Shown here one piece after another: positions 9,715-19,073 of a DNA stretch of 37,784 nt (position 1 is the stretch's first letter; each line of letters begins with the position of its first letter). The notes under the pieces are model-generated. The model was not told the origin of the DNA. It worked only from the letters and a program-made list of their open reading frames with translations, and did no database searches. Position numbers and translations under genes: made by a program. The stretch is from Flavipsychrobacter stenotrophus (GTDB taxonomy: Bacteria > Bacteroidota > Bacteroidia > Chitinophagales > Chitinophagaceae), in contig CANCOG010000001.1 in the NCBI GenBank assembly GCA_947379685.1, positions 1 to 37,784 on the forward strand, read 5' to 3'.

Positions 9715-10974
9715 CTACCCTTTCCAGTGGTCAATTCCCATGAACGGTTGGGGTACAAAATAGCTTTCCCAAATACTTCTGGATAGGTTTTGAAACGGAC
9801 AATAAATATCATAATCGTCTAACAAAGGCTTAATGTCGTCGAGCTTCACCCAAAAAAGTTGCGTAAATGTTGGTGGCGCAAATTCATACTCCCAGTTGTC
9901 AAATGCGGGGCTGATTCCCTCAATTTTGATAGTGGTTTGACCGGTATTGGCATCGAAATTCCAGGATTGCAGTACGCGATAATTGTTGAATAAATCCAAA
10001 TTGACATCATGCGAAATTATTTTTGTCACAGTCATCCCTATTGCCGTGTCTTCCACAACTATTGTTTCTGGGGTAAATTTTACTAAAATATCTTTTGAAG
10101 CAATCGGATTAACTAGCCTTCCATTTTTGCAATTATAGGCTGTGATAATGTTGCCGCGAACTGAATCATATAAACGAGCAGCCAAACTTATTAAATCATC
10201 TTCTTCACGCAAATGTCCACGCTGAAAGATCGTATCGTAGCATAGTTCTGTTTTAACCTTAACAATCGCCGATGCCCGGAAAGCATAATAAATTCCACTC
10301 TCTGAAGTGTCACAAAACAGATGTTCATATCTGAAATGATCTTGCCAAATGTATTGATTCAGCCTGTTTTTCAAGCTTTGTTCGTGGTCTTGCACCAGCG
10401 TGGTCATTAAATCATCCCAGCTTAGCCAAAATAGATCGTAGCTTCCCCGGTAGGCAAAATTTGTGTCGTGCTGTTCCTTTAACAAGCCAACAGCAATAAT
10501 TTGGATACGTGTAGTTCTCGAAACTGGATCAAACACCCAATCTTCCATCACCCTCAGTCGATAGTCTTTAATTGTTGGAAAACTGTCCCGGTGATACACT
10601 TTCTTTTTATAGACTTTATACCCAACACTATCCACCAAATCTCTGCCGATATCATCTTTAGGGCAAAATGTATTTATGATATACTCCCTGGATGTTACCG
10701 GTTTGTTATCTCTTGCTTTTTGAAAACTAAATGGGTTAAAAGATCTTACCTTTTGCTGCACGGAAAGCTGCTTCAAATACTCCAGCAATTGAATATCACC
10801 AGTTTGGGCATGATGCAGCTGCCCCCGAAGATCAAGTGAGTCCCTTGTATCAATTTCTCGGCTCACTGTTTTGATCCACCGTTTGGACACACACGACTCA
10901 TTGCTTTGAGCGAACACCTGAAGGTTACCCAAAACAATTAAAATAAAACAGCAGAGCACCCTCGAAAGTTTCAC
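9715..10974 (-). CDS. Exported protein with two tandem GldN/PorN-like domains
   Basis: Signal peptide ending VFA|Q. Repeat 1: WIKTVSREIDTRD...YRLRVMEDWVFD...IQIIAVG...YRGSYDLFWL...IWQDHF. Repeat 2: SLAARLYDSVRGNIITAY...YRVLQSWNFD...IKIEGISP...LFWVKLDDIKPLL...IWESYF. Both resemble GldN motifs (W.K.VWR.ID.R; YR.KE.W.FD...I.GI.P; LFW.YY..LRP.L). GTG start. Confidence 0.75.
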   Translation of the reverse strand: MKLSRVLCCFILIVLGNLQVFAQSNESCVSKRWIKTVSREIDTRDSLDLRGQLHHAQTGDIQLLEYLKQLSVQQKVRSFNPFSFQKARDNKPVTSREYIINTFCPKDDIGRDLVDSVGYKVYKKKVYHRDSFPTIKDYRLRVMEDWVFDPVSRTTRIQIIAVGLLKEQHDTNFAYRGSYDLFWLSWDDLMTTLVQDHEQSLKNRLNQYIWQDHFRYEHLFCDTSESGIYYAFRASAIVKVKTELCYDTIFQRGHLREEDDLISLAARLYDSVRGNIITAYNCKNGRLVNPIASKDILVKFTPETIVVEDTAIGMTVTKIISHDVNLDLFNNYRVLQSWNFDANTGQTTIKIEGISPAFDNWEYEFAPPTFTQLFWVKLDDIKPLLDDYDIYCPFQNLSRSIWESYFVPQPFMGIDHWKG

Positions 10975-11044
10975 AGATATGATTTACCTGTAAGATAGGA
11001 AGTAATCAATAAAGTAGTGAATGGATAAAACGGTACACCGTGGC

Positions 11045-11075
11045 GATTTGACAACTTTTTAAAAGTTGTCAAATC
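11045..11075. repeat. Perfect 15-bp inverted repeat (REP-like element, terminator or operator)
   Basis: GATTTGACAACTTTT-T-AAAAGTTGTCAAATC. Confidence 0.8.
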
Positions 11076-11158
11076 TACCCGTAGGAAACAGTCCTGAATT
11101 TGTTGGATGAATTAAATAGCGATTTGATTCTATTGCTATGATAAAACACCATTGACCA

Positions 11159-12445
11159 TTACTTCGCCTCACTCAGCGGAAACGACACAGTAAATGTGCT
11201 CCCCTTGCCAGGTATGCTTTCTACCTTGATCTTGCCGTCATGGGCCTCAACAATGGCTTTGACATAGCTCAGGCCAAGCCCGAACCCCTTGACATTGTGC
11301 AGGTTACCCGTATGGGCTCTAAAGAAACGTTCGAAAATACGGCCCTGGGTTTCCTTGTCCATACCAATGCCATTGTCTTTAATCTTGATAGCAAGGGTAC
11401 CTGTATGGGTATTAAGGGTCTCTACTTCAATGTAGGGCACCTTATCGGAGTACTTAAGTGCGTTGTCCAAAAGATTGAAGATGATATTGGAGAAATGCAC
11501 ATCGTCGGCCTTGATAATATGTTCATGCGCATTTAGCCTGAGTTGTAATACCCCGCCTTTTTCCTGAACCTGCAGCGCAAGATTATCCGCAACTTTATTT
11601 ATAGCCGCGTGCGTATCAATGTCAGTGAGATTGAGCTTGATCTCTTCTTTTTCAAGCCTTGCAGCCTGCAGAATTTTCTCGACCTGCTTATTCATTCGCT
11701 TATTTTCTTCCTTGATCATGCTGCTGTACAGCTTTACTTTTTCAGCGTCATGAATCACCTTTTCATTGGTAAGTGCATCGATAGCAAGGGAGATCGTTGC
11801 CAATGGCGTCTTTAGCTCATGAGTCATATTATTGATGAAGTCCGACTTGATCTCAGATAGTTTCTTTTGATTGAACAGCGTTCGTACGGTTACAAAGAAA
11901 GCCAATATGATAATGCAGGTGAATACGATTGATGCTACAATCATCCACCCCATTTCTTTAATAACCTGGTTCTTGTCCTCGTGGATGGTTAAGTAAAGTG
12001 TTTCCTTAGATCTCGGACAGTCCTCTGGCGATAGTTCAATGTTCTGGGCGGAATGAATATCTGTAACCTTGAATCCGTCAGATTGAAAAATTATATTCCT
12101 GAAAAAATTAGTAACGCAATACTCGTATTTGTATTTGACGTTATTTTCAAACAACGCATGGTCAACCAACTCCTTTATTTCATCATTCGTAAAATTACCA
12201 ATGAGGGTAAAGTTATTTTTCAACATGTATTGTTTCGACTCTTCGTTTATGTAGCCCAAGTTTTGCTTGTACAAAAACCTGTCCTGAACCAATTCCTTGG
12301 TTTTAATTAACGAATTATCGACACCTGTAACAAATTCCTCCCGCTTCATCTTAATGGCATTCTGGATCCAGGACATCTGGATGAACAGGATGCCGATCAC
12401 CGAAAGGGAAATAAGCACTACTATCAGCGGGAAAATTCTTTTCAT
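11159..12445 (-). CDS. Membrane sensor histidine kinase (RprX-like, HisKA plus HATPase)
   Basis: Two TM helices, H-box DFINNMTHELKTPL, N-box NLLDNALKY, G1 DNGIG and G2 GFGLGL. Confidence 0.93.
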   Translation of the reverse strand: MKRIFPLIVVLISLSVIGILFIQMSWIQNAIKMKREEFVTGVDNSLIKTKELVQDRFLYKQNLGYINEESKQYMLKNNFTLIGNFTNDEIKELVDHALFENNVKYKYEYCVTNFFRNIIFQSDGFKVTDIHSAQNIELSPEDCPRSKETLYLTIHEDKNQVIKEMGWMIVASIVFTCIIILAFFVTVRTLFNQKKLSEIKSDFINNMTHELKTPLATISLAIDALTNEKVIHDAEKVKLYSSMIKEENKRMNKQVEKILQAARLEKEEIKLNLTDIDTHAAINKVADNLALQVQEKGGVLQLRLNAHEHIIKADDVHFSNIIFNLLDNALKYSDKVPYIEVETLNTHTGTLAIKIKDNGIGMDKETQGRIFERFFRAHTGNLHNVKGFGLGLSYVKAIVEAHDGKIKVESIPGKGSTFTVSFPLSEAK

Positions 12446-12453
12446 TGTAAAAG

Positions 12454-12461
12454 CAAATATA
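12454..12461 (-). promoter_or_regulatory. -7 promoter element of the sensor kinase
   Basis: TATATTTG, 8 nt upstream of the ATG. Confidence 0.6.
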
Positions 12462-12577
12462 TGCTACAACCAAAGGTAGCAAATTGCAACTACATGAGTT
12501 TAACGGGGGTTTAACCTTTATATGAATGCCGGCAGGGCTGAAAAAAATCAGTACTTTGGCGCAACAAATATCATTCG

Positions 12578-14323
12578 ATGAACAGGTTTTTGATACTTCT
12601 GGCCCTTGCAATCGGCTTCGTTCCAACTTTATTGGGTGGCGAACATGAGTCGACCTTTATTACCCCTTTTGAGCAGTCGGATGGTAAAAAAACGGCAACT
12701 TACAAGGAGGCTGTCAATTATTACAAACAGCTCGATGCAGCCTACTCCACCTTAACCATCCAAAAGGCTGGCAACACCGATGGCGGTAACCCGCTGTTTG
12801 TTGTGTACTATTCTGCCGATGGCGATTTCAATAAGGAGCATTGGCACCGGGAGGGCAAGGTAATTATGCTCATCAATAACGCCATACACCCGGGTGAGCC
12901 CGATGGCGTTGATGCTTGCATGATGTTGATGAGGGATGCCGCAACTGGAAAGATAAACATTCCTGAAAACGTAGTACTCGCTGTTATTCCGATCTACAAT
13001 GTCGGTGGCGCACTGAATAGAAGCAGCTATAGCAGGGCGAGCCAGAATGGCCCGGAGAGTTATGGCTTCCGAGGCAATGCGCAGAACCTGGACCTTAACC
13101 GCGATTTCGTTAAATGTGATGCAGCCGAAACCCGCTCAATGGAACAATTATTTACCGCACTGGATCCGGATATCTTTATTGACAACCATGTGAGTGACGG
13201 AGCCGACTACCAACATGTGATTACCTTGCTGGCTACCCAACATGATAAACTGGGCGGAAAAACCGGTGACTTTATGTACAAAACATTTACACCCTCCTTG
13301 TACAAGGACATGAAGAAAAAAGGGTACGAGATGGTGCCTTATGTAAATGACTTTGACAACACACCCGACAATGGCTGGCGCGAGTTTTATGAGTCACCGA
13401 GGTTTTCGAGCGGGTATGCGGCGCTGTTCCAGACCATTTCCTATGTACCAGAGACGCATATGCTCAAATCATTCAAAGAACGTGTTAATGCTACTTTCGC
13501 CTTAATGCAGTGTATGGTTAAAGAGGCGGGAGCACATTCGGCCGAGATTAAGGAAGTGAGGGCTGCGGACAGGACTGCACTAACGGGCACAAAAGAGTTT
13601 GCACTTGACTGGAAACCTGATACTGCCAGGCATGACATGGTGAGCTTTAGCGGATATGCTGCTACACACAAACCAAGTGAAGTTTCCGGTTTGCCACGGT
13701 TATTTTACGACCATACAAACCCTTACACAAAACAGGTGCCGTTCTACGACCATTTTACGCCTACCAATACTGTTACGGCTCCTTCAGCATACGTGATACC
13801 GAATACCTGGAAACCGGTTATTAACCGGCTCAAACGCAGTGGCGTTGATATGCAACAACTGAAGCACGACAGCTCAATAACAGTGACAGCTTATCATATT
13901 GACAATTACGAGACCGGCCAAAGGCCCTATGAAAAACACTACCTGCATAAAAATGTTACGGTAACTGCATCACCCATCACGCTCAAATTCGCAAAGGGTG
14001 ATTTCATCATACCCCTGAATCAACCAGCCAAGCGATACCTGGTTGAGACCCTGGAGCCAACGGCACCCGACGCCTTCTTTGCCTGGAATTTCTTCGACGG
14101 CATATTGCAGCAAAAGGAATACTTCAGCGACTACGTTTTCGAGGATGTAGCAGCCGACCTGCTCAAAAAAGACCCCGCCCTGAAGGCGCTGCTTACCGCC
14201 AAACAAAAGGAAGACACCGCCTTCGCCAGGAATGCCGATGCCCAGCTGGACTTTGTTTACCGCCACTCTCCATGGCTGGAGCCCACATTTATGAGATATC
14301 CGGTGTATAGAATCGAGAAATGA
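12578..14323 (+). CDS. M14 family zinc carboxypeptidase-like protein, exported
   Basis: Signal peptide, IHPGEPDG (HxxE zinc motif), NLDLNRDF and FIDNHVS. Confidence 0.85.
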   Translation: MNRFLILLALAIGFVPTLLGGEHESTFITPFEQSDGKKTATYKEAVNYYKQLDAAYSTLTIQKAGNTDGGNPLFVVYYSADGDFNKEHWHREGKVIMLINNAIHPGEPDGVDACMMLMRDAATGKINIPENVVLAVIPIYNVGGALNRSSYSRASQNGPESYGFRGNAQNLDLNRDFVKCDAAETRSMEQLFTALDPDIFIDNHVSDGADYQHVITLLATQHDKLGGKTGDFMYKTFTPSLYKDMKKKGYEMVPYVNDFDNTPDNGWREFYESPRFSSGYAALFQTISYVPETHMLKSFKERVNATFALMQCMVKEAGAHSAEIKEVRAADRTALTGTKEFALDWKPDTARHDMVSFSGYAATHKPSEVSGLPRLFYDHTNPYTKQVPFYDHFTPTNTVTAPSAYVIPNTWKPVINRLKRSGVDMQQLKHDSSITVTAYHIDNYETGQRPYEKHYLHKNVTVTASPITLKFAKGDFIIPLNQPAKRYLVETLEPTAPDAFFAWNFFDGILQQKEYFSDYVFEDVAADLLKKDPALKALLTAKQKEDTAFARNADAQLDFVYRHSPWLEPTFMRYPVYRIEK

Positions 14324-14447
14324 TAATTCCGGGGTAAAAGCTGCATTGAAAGGCAATAATCATTTAGCTTCGGGCAAAACGGTTTGATTTTTGCGGCATA
14401 TTTTTCTGAAAATCCATATATTCGTGTTAAGAAATTCCCCTAACCCC

Positions 14448-15395
14448 ATGAAGAACCTGTTTATTCTGCCATTAGTTGCGCTAACTAGCGTACTTGTTTC
14501 CTGTAATGGCTGTAAAAACCCACAGCCAACTCCTCGCCAAACCGAGATATTGTCAACTATTGTTTTTGAAGGAGCGAACGGTTCTTCCGATTCGCTGGCA
14601 CTTACGTGGCACGACAACTATGGTATGCTGGGCAGCGCGACTGGTTACATTAATGTAACGATAGATACCATCCAAAGAATAATGGCCTACTCTCAACAAA
14701 GCAGGTTCTTCCTGCATCACATTTCTTTCAGGAATCCCACCAACGGCACACTCATCAATACTATTACGTGCGATTATGACGGTTACGGAAATATTAGTTC
14801 CTACAACAATGTAGTTAGTTCAGCTGGTAGTCATTTTCAGAACATCGGCTATCACTACACCGATTACCTGAATGTAATTTCAAAAGATTCAGCCGGTGGA
14901 CCCGTTGCCTATTATGCAATGCGGCAATATGCTGACAGCCCCTACCGTTATATGCTCCAAAAGTGTGTGATTATTGACAGTGTGCGGACTGCTACAGGAG
15001 CTATTGATACAAGTATACGTTGCGAACTCATTTTTGATTCTGTCACTTCTGGTGATTATGCCAACGCAACGGGCAGGGAACGATACACTGTACCTGCACT
15101 CTGGCTGCTGGAGTGCACATGGAATAACACGATATATAAATTCAGCGACTATAACTCAGCCCTGGCCTTGAATACTTTTTCAACGCGGCATATTGCATCT
15201 GACTATGCGTCGGGAGCCACTTACCCGGTCAAAACTCAGAACTATTACCGGCATGATACATTGACTGCATCATACAACTATAGCTATATTGTGAACGTCA
15301 ACGGACATATTACCCAAAAAACAATCACTGATAATATAACTGGTAAAAGATACAATACACAGTACAGGTACAAAATGATGGACACCTACCACTAA
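14448..15395 (+). CDS. Hypothetical lipoprotein, beta-rich with YD-like hairpins
   Basis: MKNLFILPLVALTSVLVSC lipobox from ATG 14448 (preferred over 14391); Tyr/Thr-rich with YDGYGNI and YIVNVNGHITQK turns. Confidence 0.65.
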   Translation: MKNLFILPLVALTSVLVSCNGCKNPQPTPRQTEILSTIVFEGANGSSDSLALTWHDNYGMLGSATGYINVTIDTIQRIMAYSQQSRFFLHHISFRNPTNGTLINTITCDYDGYGNISSYNNVVSSAGSHFQNIGYHYTDYLNVISKDSAGGPVAYYAMRQYADSPYRYMLQKCVIIDSVRTATGAIDTSIRCELIFDSVTSGDYANATGRERYTVPALWLLECTWNNTIYKFSDYNSALALNTFSTRHIASDYASGATYPVKTQNYYRHDTLTASYNYSYIVNVNGHITQKTITDNITGKRYNTQYRYKMMDTYH

Positions 15396-15609
15396 AAACT
15401 CGAGTCCGAAACTCAGTATCCGTTAAAACAGAAATTGACGAATGATAGGAACAAAATTCTGTGCGAAATAAGAATACTGGAAAAGAATTCTTGTGGGTTG
15501 CCTTGGGCTAGCCGGAAAAACTGGGCATCTGTATTTAGCCATTAACATTTTTTAACTTGCTAAGTACGTAGGAAAGGAAAATGACTGACTATTTTTACAA
15601 AAAATAGTC

Positions 15610-16434
15610 ATGAAACACCTGCTCTATAAACTCCTTTTCTGCGCATTCGTTAGCGCTCTTTCCTCTGCAAATTGTTACGCTCTAAAACCTTCCAAAACTT
15701 ATGCTGCAGTACCCGACACCCTCCACCTGCCTTTTGAGCAAAACACAATAACAACGTCGGATAACTTTCATCTGAATTCATGGACGTTCCTGCCAACAAA
15801 GGAAGCCAACAATAAAGTGACCCTCGTTCTTGCATATGCTGATGCAGGGAACATGTCGTGGTGGTTGAGCCAGGCGAGTATTTTCTCTCAGATGGGCTAT
15901 ACTGTCGTACTTTTTGACTATCGCGGATTCGGAGCAAGTGATCCATTTTCTATCGATAGTAAAATGCTCTACTACACCGAATTCGCGAATGACCTGACAG
16001 CGGTAACCAATTTTGCCCGAAAAAAATATCCGGGAAACAAAACCGGCATCTGGTGTTTTTCAATGGGAACAATCATAGCTTCACTCGCGTATAACGAAGC
16101 AAAACCTGACTTCATCATTGCCGATGGATTTGTAACAAATCCATCGGGCATAAAAGAATTCTATCACCAAAAGAACGATGAGATAATGCTACCAGCAAGT
16201 GCATCAACTTACGAATCGGCCCTCAACAAACTAACCACACGCATGCTCATCTTCTCAGGAGCAACAGACAAGGTCACAACTGACACATCGGTTACTGCTT
16301 TCAAAAAAAAGAAACCCGGAATCACCATTTACAAGCATAAAGGCGGGCACATGGAAGGCTTCAACCTCTTGTCAAAAGATTTTCCGGGTTCAGAATATGT
16401 GGGTGTGGTGAGTCGCTTTCTGAAAATTAAATAA
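15610..16434 (+). CDS. Exported alpha/beta hydrolase
   Basis: Signal peptide, DAGNM, FDYRGFGAS, nucleophile elbow WCFSMG, Asp in DKVT and His in GGHM. Confidence 0.82.
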   Translation: MKHLLYKLLFCAFVSALSSANCYALKPSKTYAAVPDTLHLPFEQNTITTSDNFHLNSWTFLPTKEANNKVTLVLAYADAGNMSWWLSQASIFSQMGYTVVLFDYRGFGASDPFSIDSKMLYYTEFANDLTAVTNFARKKYPGNKTGIWCFSMGTIIASLAYNEAKPDFIIADGFVTNPSGIKEFYHQKNDEIMLPASASTYESALNKLTTRMLIFSGATDKVTTDTSVTAFKKKKPGITIYKHKGGHMEGFNLLSKDFPGSEYVGVVSRFLKIK

Positions 16435-16448
16435 TGGCGCCTTGAAAG

Positions 16449-17657
16449 CTACACTACCTGGTTGCGTAACAAGTCACCAAATTTATCGGCATGCCTGATC
16501 AACCTGGCTTCACCATTTTCTATCATTACTTCAGCTGGCTTCAGTCTTGAGTTAAAATTGCTGCTCATCTCAAAACCATAGGCGCCTGCATTATGGAAAA
16601 CAAGGTAGTCCCCCTCTCTTACTTCATTTATAACTCTGTCCCAGGCAAAAGTGTCCGTCTCACAAATATTTCCGGCAACGGTATAGATACGTTGAGGGCC
16701 ATTAGGATTGGTGATATTGGAAATGCGATGATAAGAGTCATAGAACATAGGCCTGATCAGGTGGTTAAAACCTGAATTAACACCTGCGAAAACGGTAGCC
16801 GTTGTCTGTTTGATTACATTCACCTTTACCACAAACGAACCACATTCACTCACAAGGTACTTGCCTGGCTCAAACCATATTTCCAGTTTCCTGTTATACT
16901 CCTTTTCAAACTTAGTCGCAGCATCTGCCACGCGGGCACCGAGTGCGGCAACATCCGTCTCGCGGTCATCTTCCTTATAGGCAACTTTGAAACCACTGCC
17001 CAGATCAATATAGTCCAGCTCCTTAAAATTACTGGCAATACCAAACATGATATCCAACCCTTGCAGGAACACGTCAATATCCTTTATCTCGCTACCGGTA
17101 TGCATGTGCAGACCTTCTACATTCAGCTTTGTAGTCTTAACAATTCGCTCAATATGACGCAACTGATGAATGGAAATCCCAAATTTGCTGTCAATATGCC
17201 CTGTGGATATTTTATAATTACCACCTGCCACAATGTGCGGATTGATACGGATACAAACAGGATATTCGCTGCCAAATCGATTACCAAACTGCTCCAGAAT
17301 GGAGATATTATCGATATTTATGCGAACGCCCAGTACTGTGGCATCTATAATTTCATTAAAGTCGACGCAATTAGGAGTGAACAAAATCTGCTCTGGCAGG
17401 AACCCTGCCATAAGGCCCAGGTTCACTTCATGAATGCTCACACAGTCAAGTGAAGCACCTAATGACTTTAAATATTTAAGTATATTAATATTGGTAAGTG
17501 CCTTACAGGCATAGAAAAAGCGTGTTGGGTGTGCCTTGAATGCATTAGTGAGCTTTTGATACTGGTCTGCGATTTTCTCGGCATGATAAACATAAACTGG
17601 TGTGCCAAATTCGTTGGCTACAGCTATTAACTGGTCGTTGGTTATTGGTTGAAACAT
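16449..17657 (-). CDS. lysA: Diaminopimelate decarboxylase
   Basis: FGTPVYVY, YACKAL (PLP lysine), SKFGI, HMHTGS, EPGKYLV, GNICETD and GAYG motifs. Confidence 0.96.
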   Translation of the reverse strand: MFQPITNDQLIAVANEFGTPVYVYHAEKIADQYQKLTNAFKAHPTRFFYACKALTNINILKYLKSLGASLDCVSIHEVNLGLMAGFLPEQILFTPNCVDFNEIIDATVLGVRINIDNISILEQFGNRFGSEYPVCIRINPHIVAGGNYKISTGHIDSKFGISIHQLRHIERIVKTTKLNVEGLHMHTGSEIKDIDVFLQGLDIMFGIASNFKELDYIDLGSGFKVAYKEDDRETDVAALGARVADAATKFEKEYNRKLEIWFEPGKYLVSECGSFVVKVNVIKQTTATVFAGVNSGFNHLIRPMFYDSYHRISNITNPNGPQRIYTVAGNICETDTFAWDRVINEVREGDYLVFHNAGAYGFEMSSNFNSRLKPAEVMIENGEARLIRHADKFGDLLRNQVV

Positions 17658-17661
17658 GGCA

Positions 17662-17669
17662 CAAAAATA
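17662..17669 (-). promoter_or_regulatory. -7 promoter element of lysA (probably leaderless)
   Basis: TATTTTTG only 4 nt before the ATG. Confidence 0.65.
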
Positions 17670-17814
17670 GGGGATCGCTGAAATATTAGCTCACCCCACC
17701 CTGCCAAGGCCATTTTAGCATCTGATTTCGAGCCGTTTTTAATGATACGCCAATATGTAGTTAATAAACTTCAAATCTGCATTCGTACAATTTATGACTT
17801 GCCTGTAAATTTTG

Positions 17815-17822
17815 TACATTTG
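17815..17822 (+). promoter_or_regulatory. -7 promoter element of the aminotransferase
   Basis: TACATTTG; supports a start at 17847 rather than 17742. Confidence 0.6.
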
Positions 17823-17846
17823 CCGCTTCTCATTTTAGCAATACTA

Positions 17847-19037
17847 ATGCAATTAGCACAACGACTGAATTCAATATCAGAGCCGCAGACCATTAAGATG
17901 GCCAAATTAAGCAGGGAATTGAAGGCAAAAGGAATAAACATTGTAGACTTAAGCCTTGGCGAACCTGATTTCAGAGTGCCTGACCACATTAACACTGCGG
18001 CTATTGCAGCCATCAATGACGGGTTTTCAAAATACACACCCGTGGTTGGTTACCCTGAACTACTCGAAGCCATAAGTGCAAAACTCAAACGAGATAACAA
18101 CCTCAATTACCCGCCTAACCAGATCATCGTTTCCACCGGAGCAAAACAATCACTGATGAATGCGGTGATGAGTATTGTTGACCCCGGTGACGAAGTGATC
18201 ATCCCCACACCATTTTGGGTAACGTATGCCACACAGGTGGAAATGGCAGGTGGTATAGTCCGTTACATACCTTGCGGTATTGAAGACGACTTTAAACTGA
18301 CTCCCGAAAAGCTGGAGGCTAACATGACTTCAAAGACCAAATTGTTCATGTTTTCATCACCCTGCAACCCTTCGGGCAGCGTCTATTCAAGAGAAGAACT
18401 TGCCGGGCTGGTTGAAGTATTTAAACGCCATCCCTATGTCGCTATTATCAGCGATGAGATATACGAGTATATTAATTTTGCCGGCGGCCACGAAAGTATT
18501 GCCCAGTTCGATGAGATTAAGGACCGTGTTGTTGTGATAAACGGTATGTCAAAAGGATTTGCAATGACCGGTTGGCGTGTAGGATATATGGCCGGCCCCA
18601 AAGAAATTGTGCAGGCATGCGAAAAGCTGCAATCTCAGGTAACATCCGGCACAAATGCAATTGCACAAAAGGCATCGATTGTCGCATTGATCAGCGACCT
18701 GGGTCCCACCCGAAAAATGGTGGAAGAATACAAAAAACGGTGCGAATTTGTAGTCAACGAACTTAAGAAAATGCCTGGAGTTAAGGCCAACCAGCCACAA
18801 GGGGCGTTCTATGCATTTCCTGACATCAGCTCATTTTTTGGGAAGAGCGATGGAGAACATACAATAACCAATGATGTAGATATGAGTATGTACCTGCTTA
18901 ATGTTGGCCATGTGTCAACAGTCTGTGGAAGTGCTTTCGGAAACTCCGATTGCATCAGGCTATCTACTGCAACCACAATGGAGAATTTGAATGAAGCAAT
19001 GGTCAGAATGGGTGCAGCTCTCGCTAAGCTCGTTTGA
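17847..19037 (+). CDS. aspC: Class I/II PLP aminotransferase (aspartate aminotransferase)
   Basis: LSLGEPDF, STGAKQS, SPCNPSG, SDEIY and NGMSKGFAMTGWRVG motifs; start revised to MQLAQRL. Confidence 0.88.
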   Translation: MQLAQRLNSISEPQTIKMAKLSRELKAKGINIVDLSLGEPDFRVPDHINTAAIAAINDGFSKYTPVVGYPELLEAISAKLKRDNNLNYPPNQIIVSTGAKQSLMNAVMSIVDPGDEVIIPTPFWVTYATQVEMAGGIVRYIPCGIEDDFKLTPEKLEANMTSKTKLFMFSSPCNPSGSVYSREELAGLVEVFKRHPYVAIISDEIYEYINFAGGHESIAQFDEIKDRVVVINGMSKGFAMTGWRVGYMAGPKEIVQACEKLQSQVTSGTNAIAQKASIVALISDLGPTRKMVEEYKKRCEFVVNELKKMPGVKANQPQGAFYAFPDISSFFGKSDGEHTITNDVDMSMYLLNVGHVSTVCGSAFGNSDCIRLSTATTMENLNEAMVRMGAALAKLV

Positions 19038-19073
19038 TTCTGCTAGTGACGATTGACCGGGGCTGGATATACG

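Noticed and set aside
17658-17846. Lysine riboswitch upstream of lysA, and the 35-aa N-terminal extension of aspC
   Set aside because: The lysA -7 box abuts the ATG, and the aspC -7 box lies inside the supposed extension.
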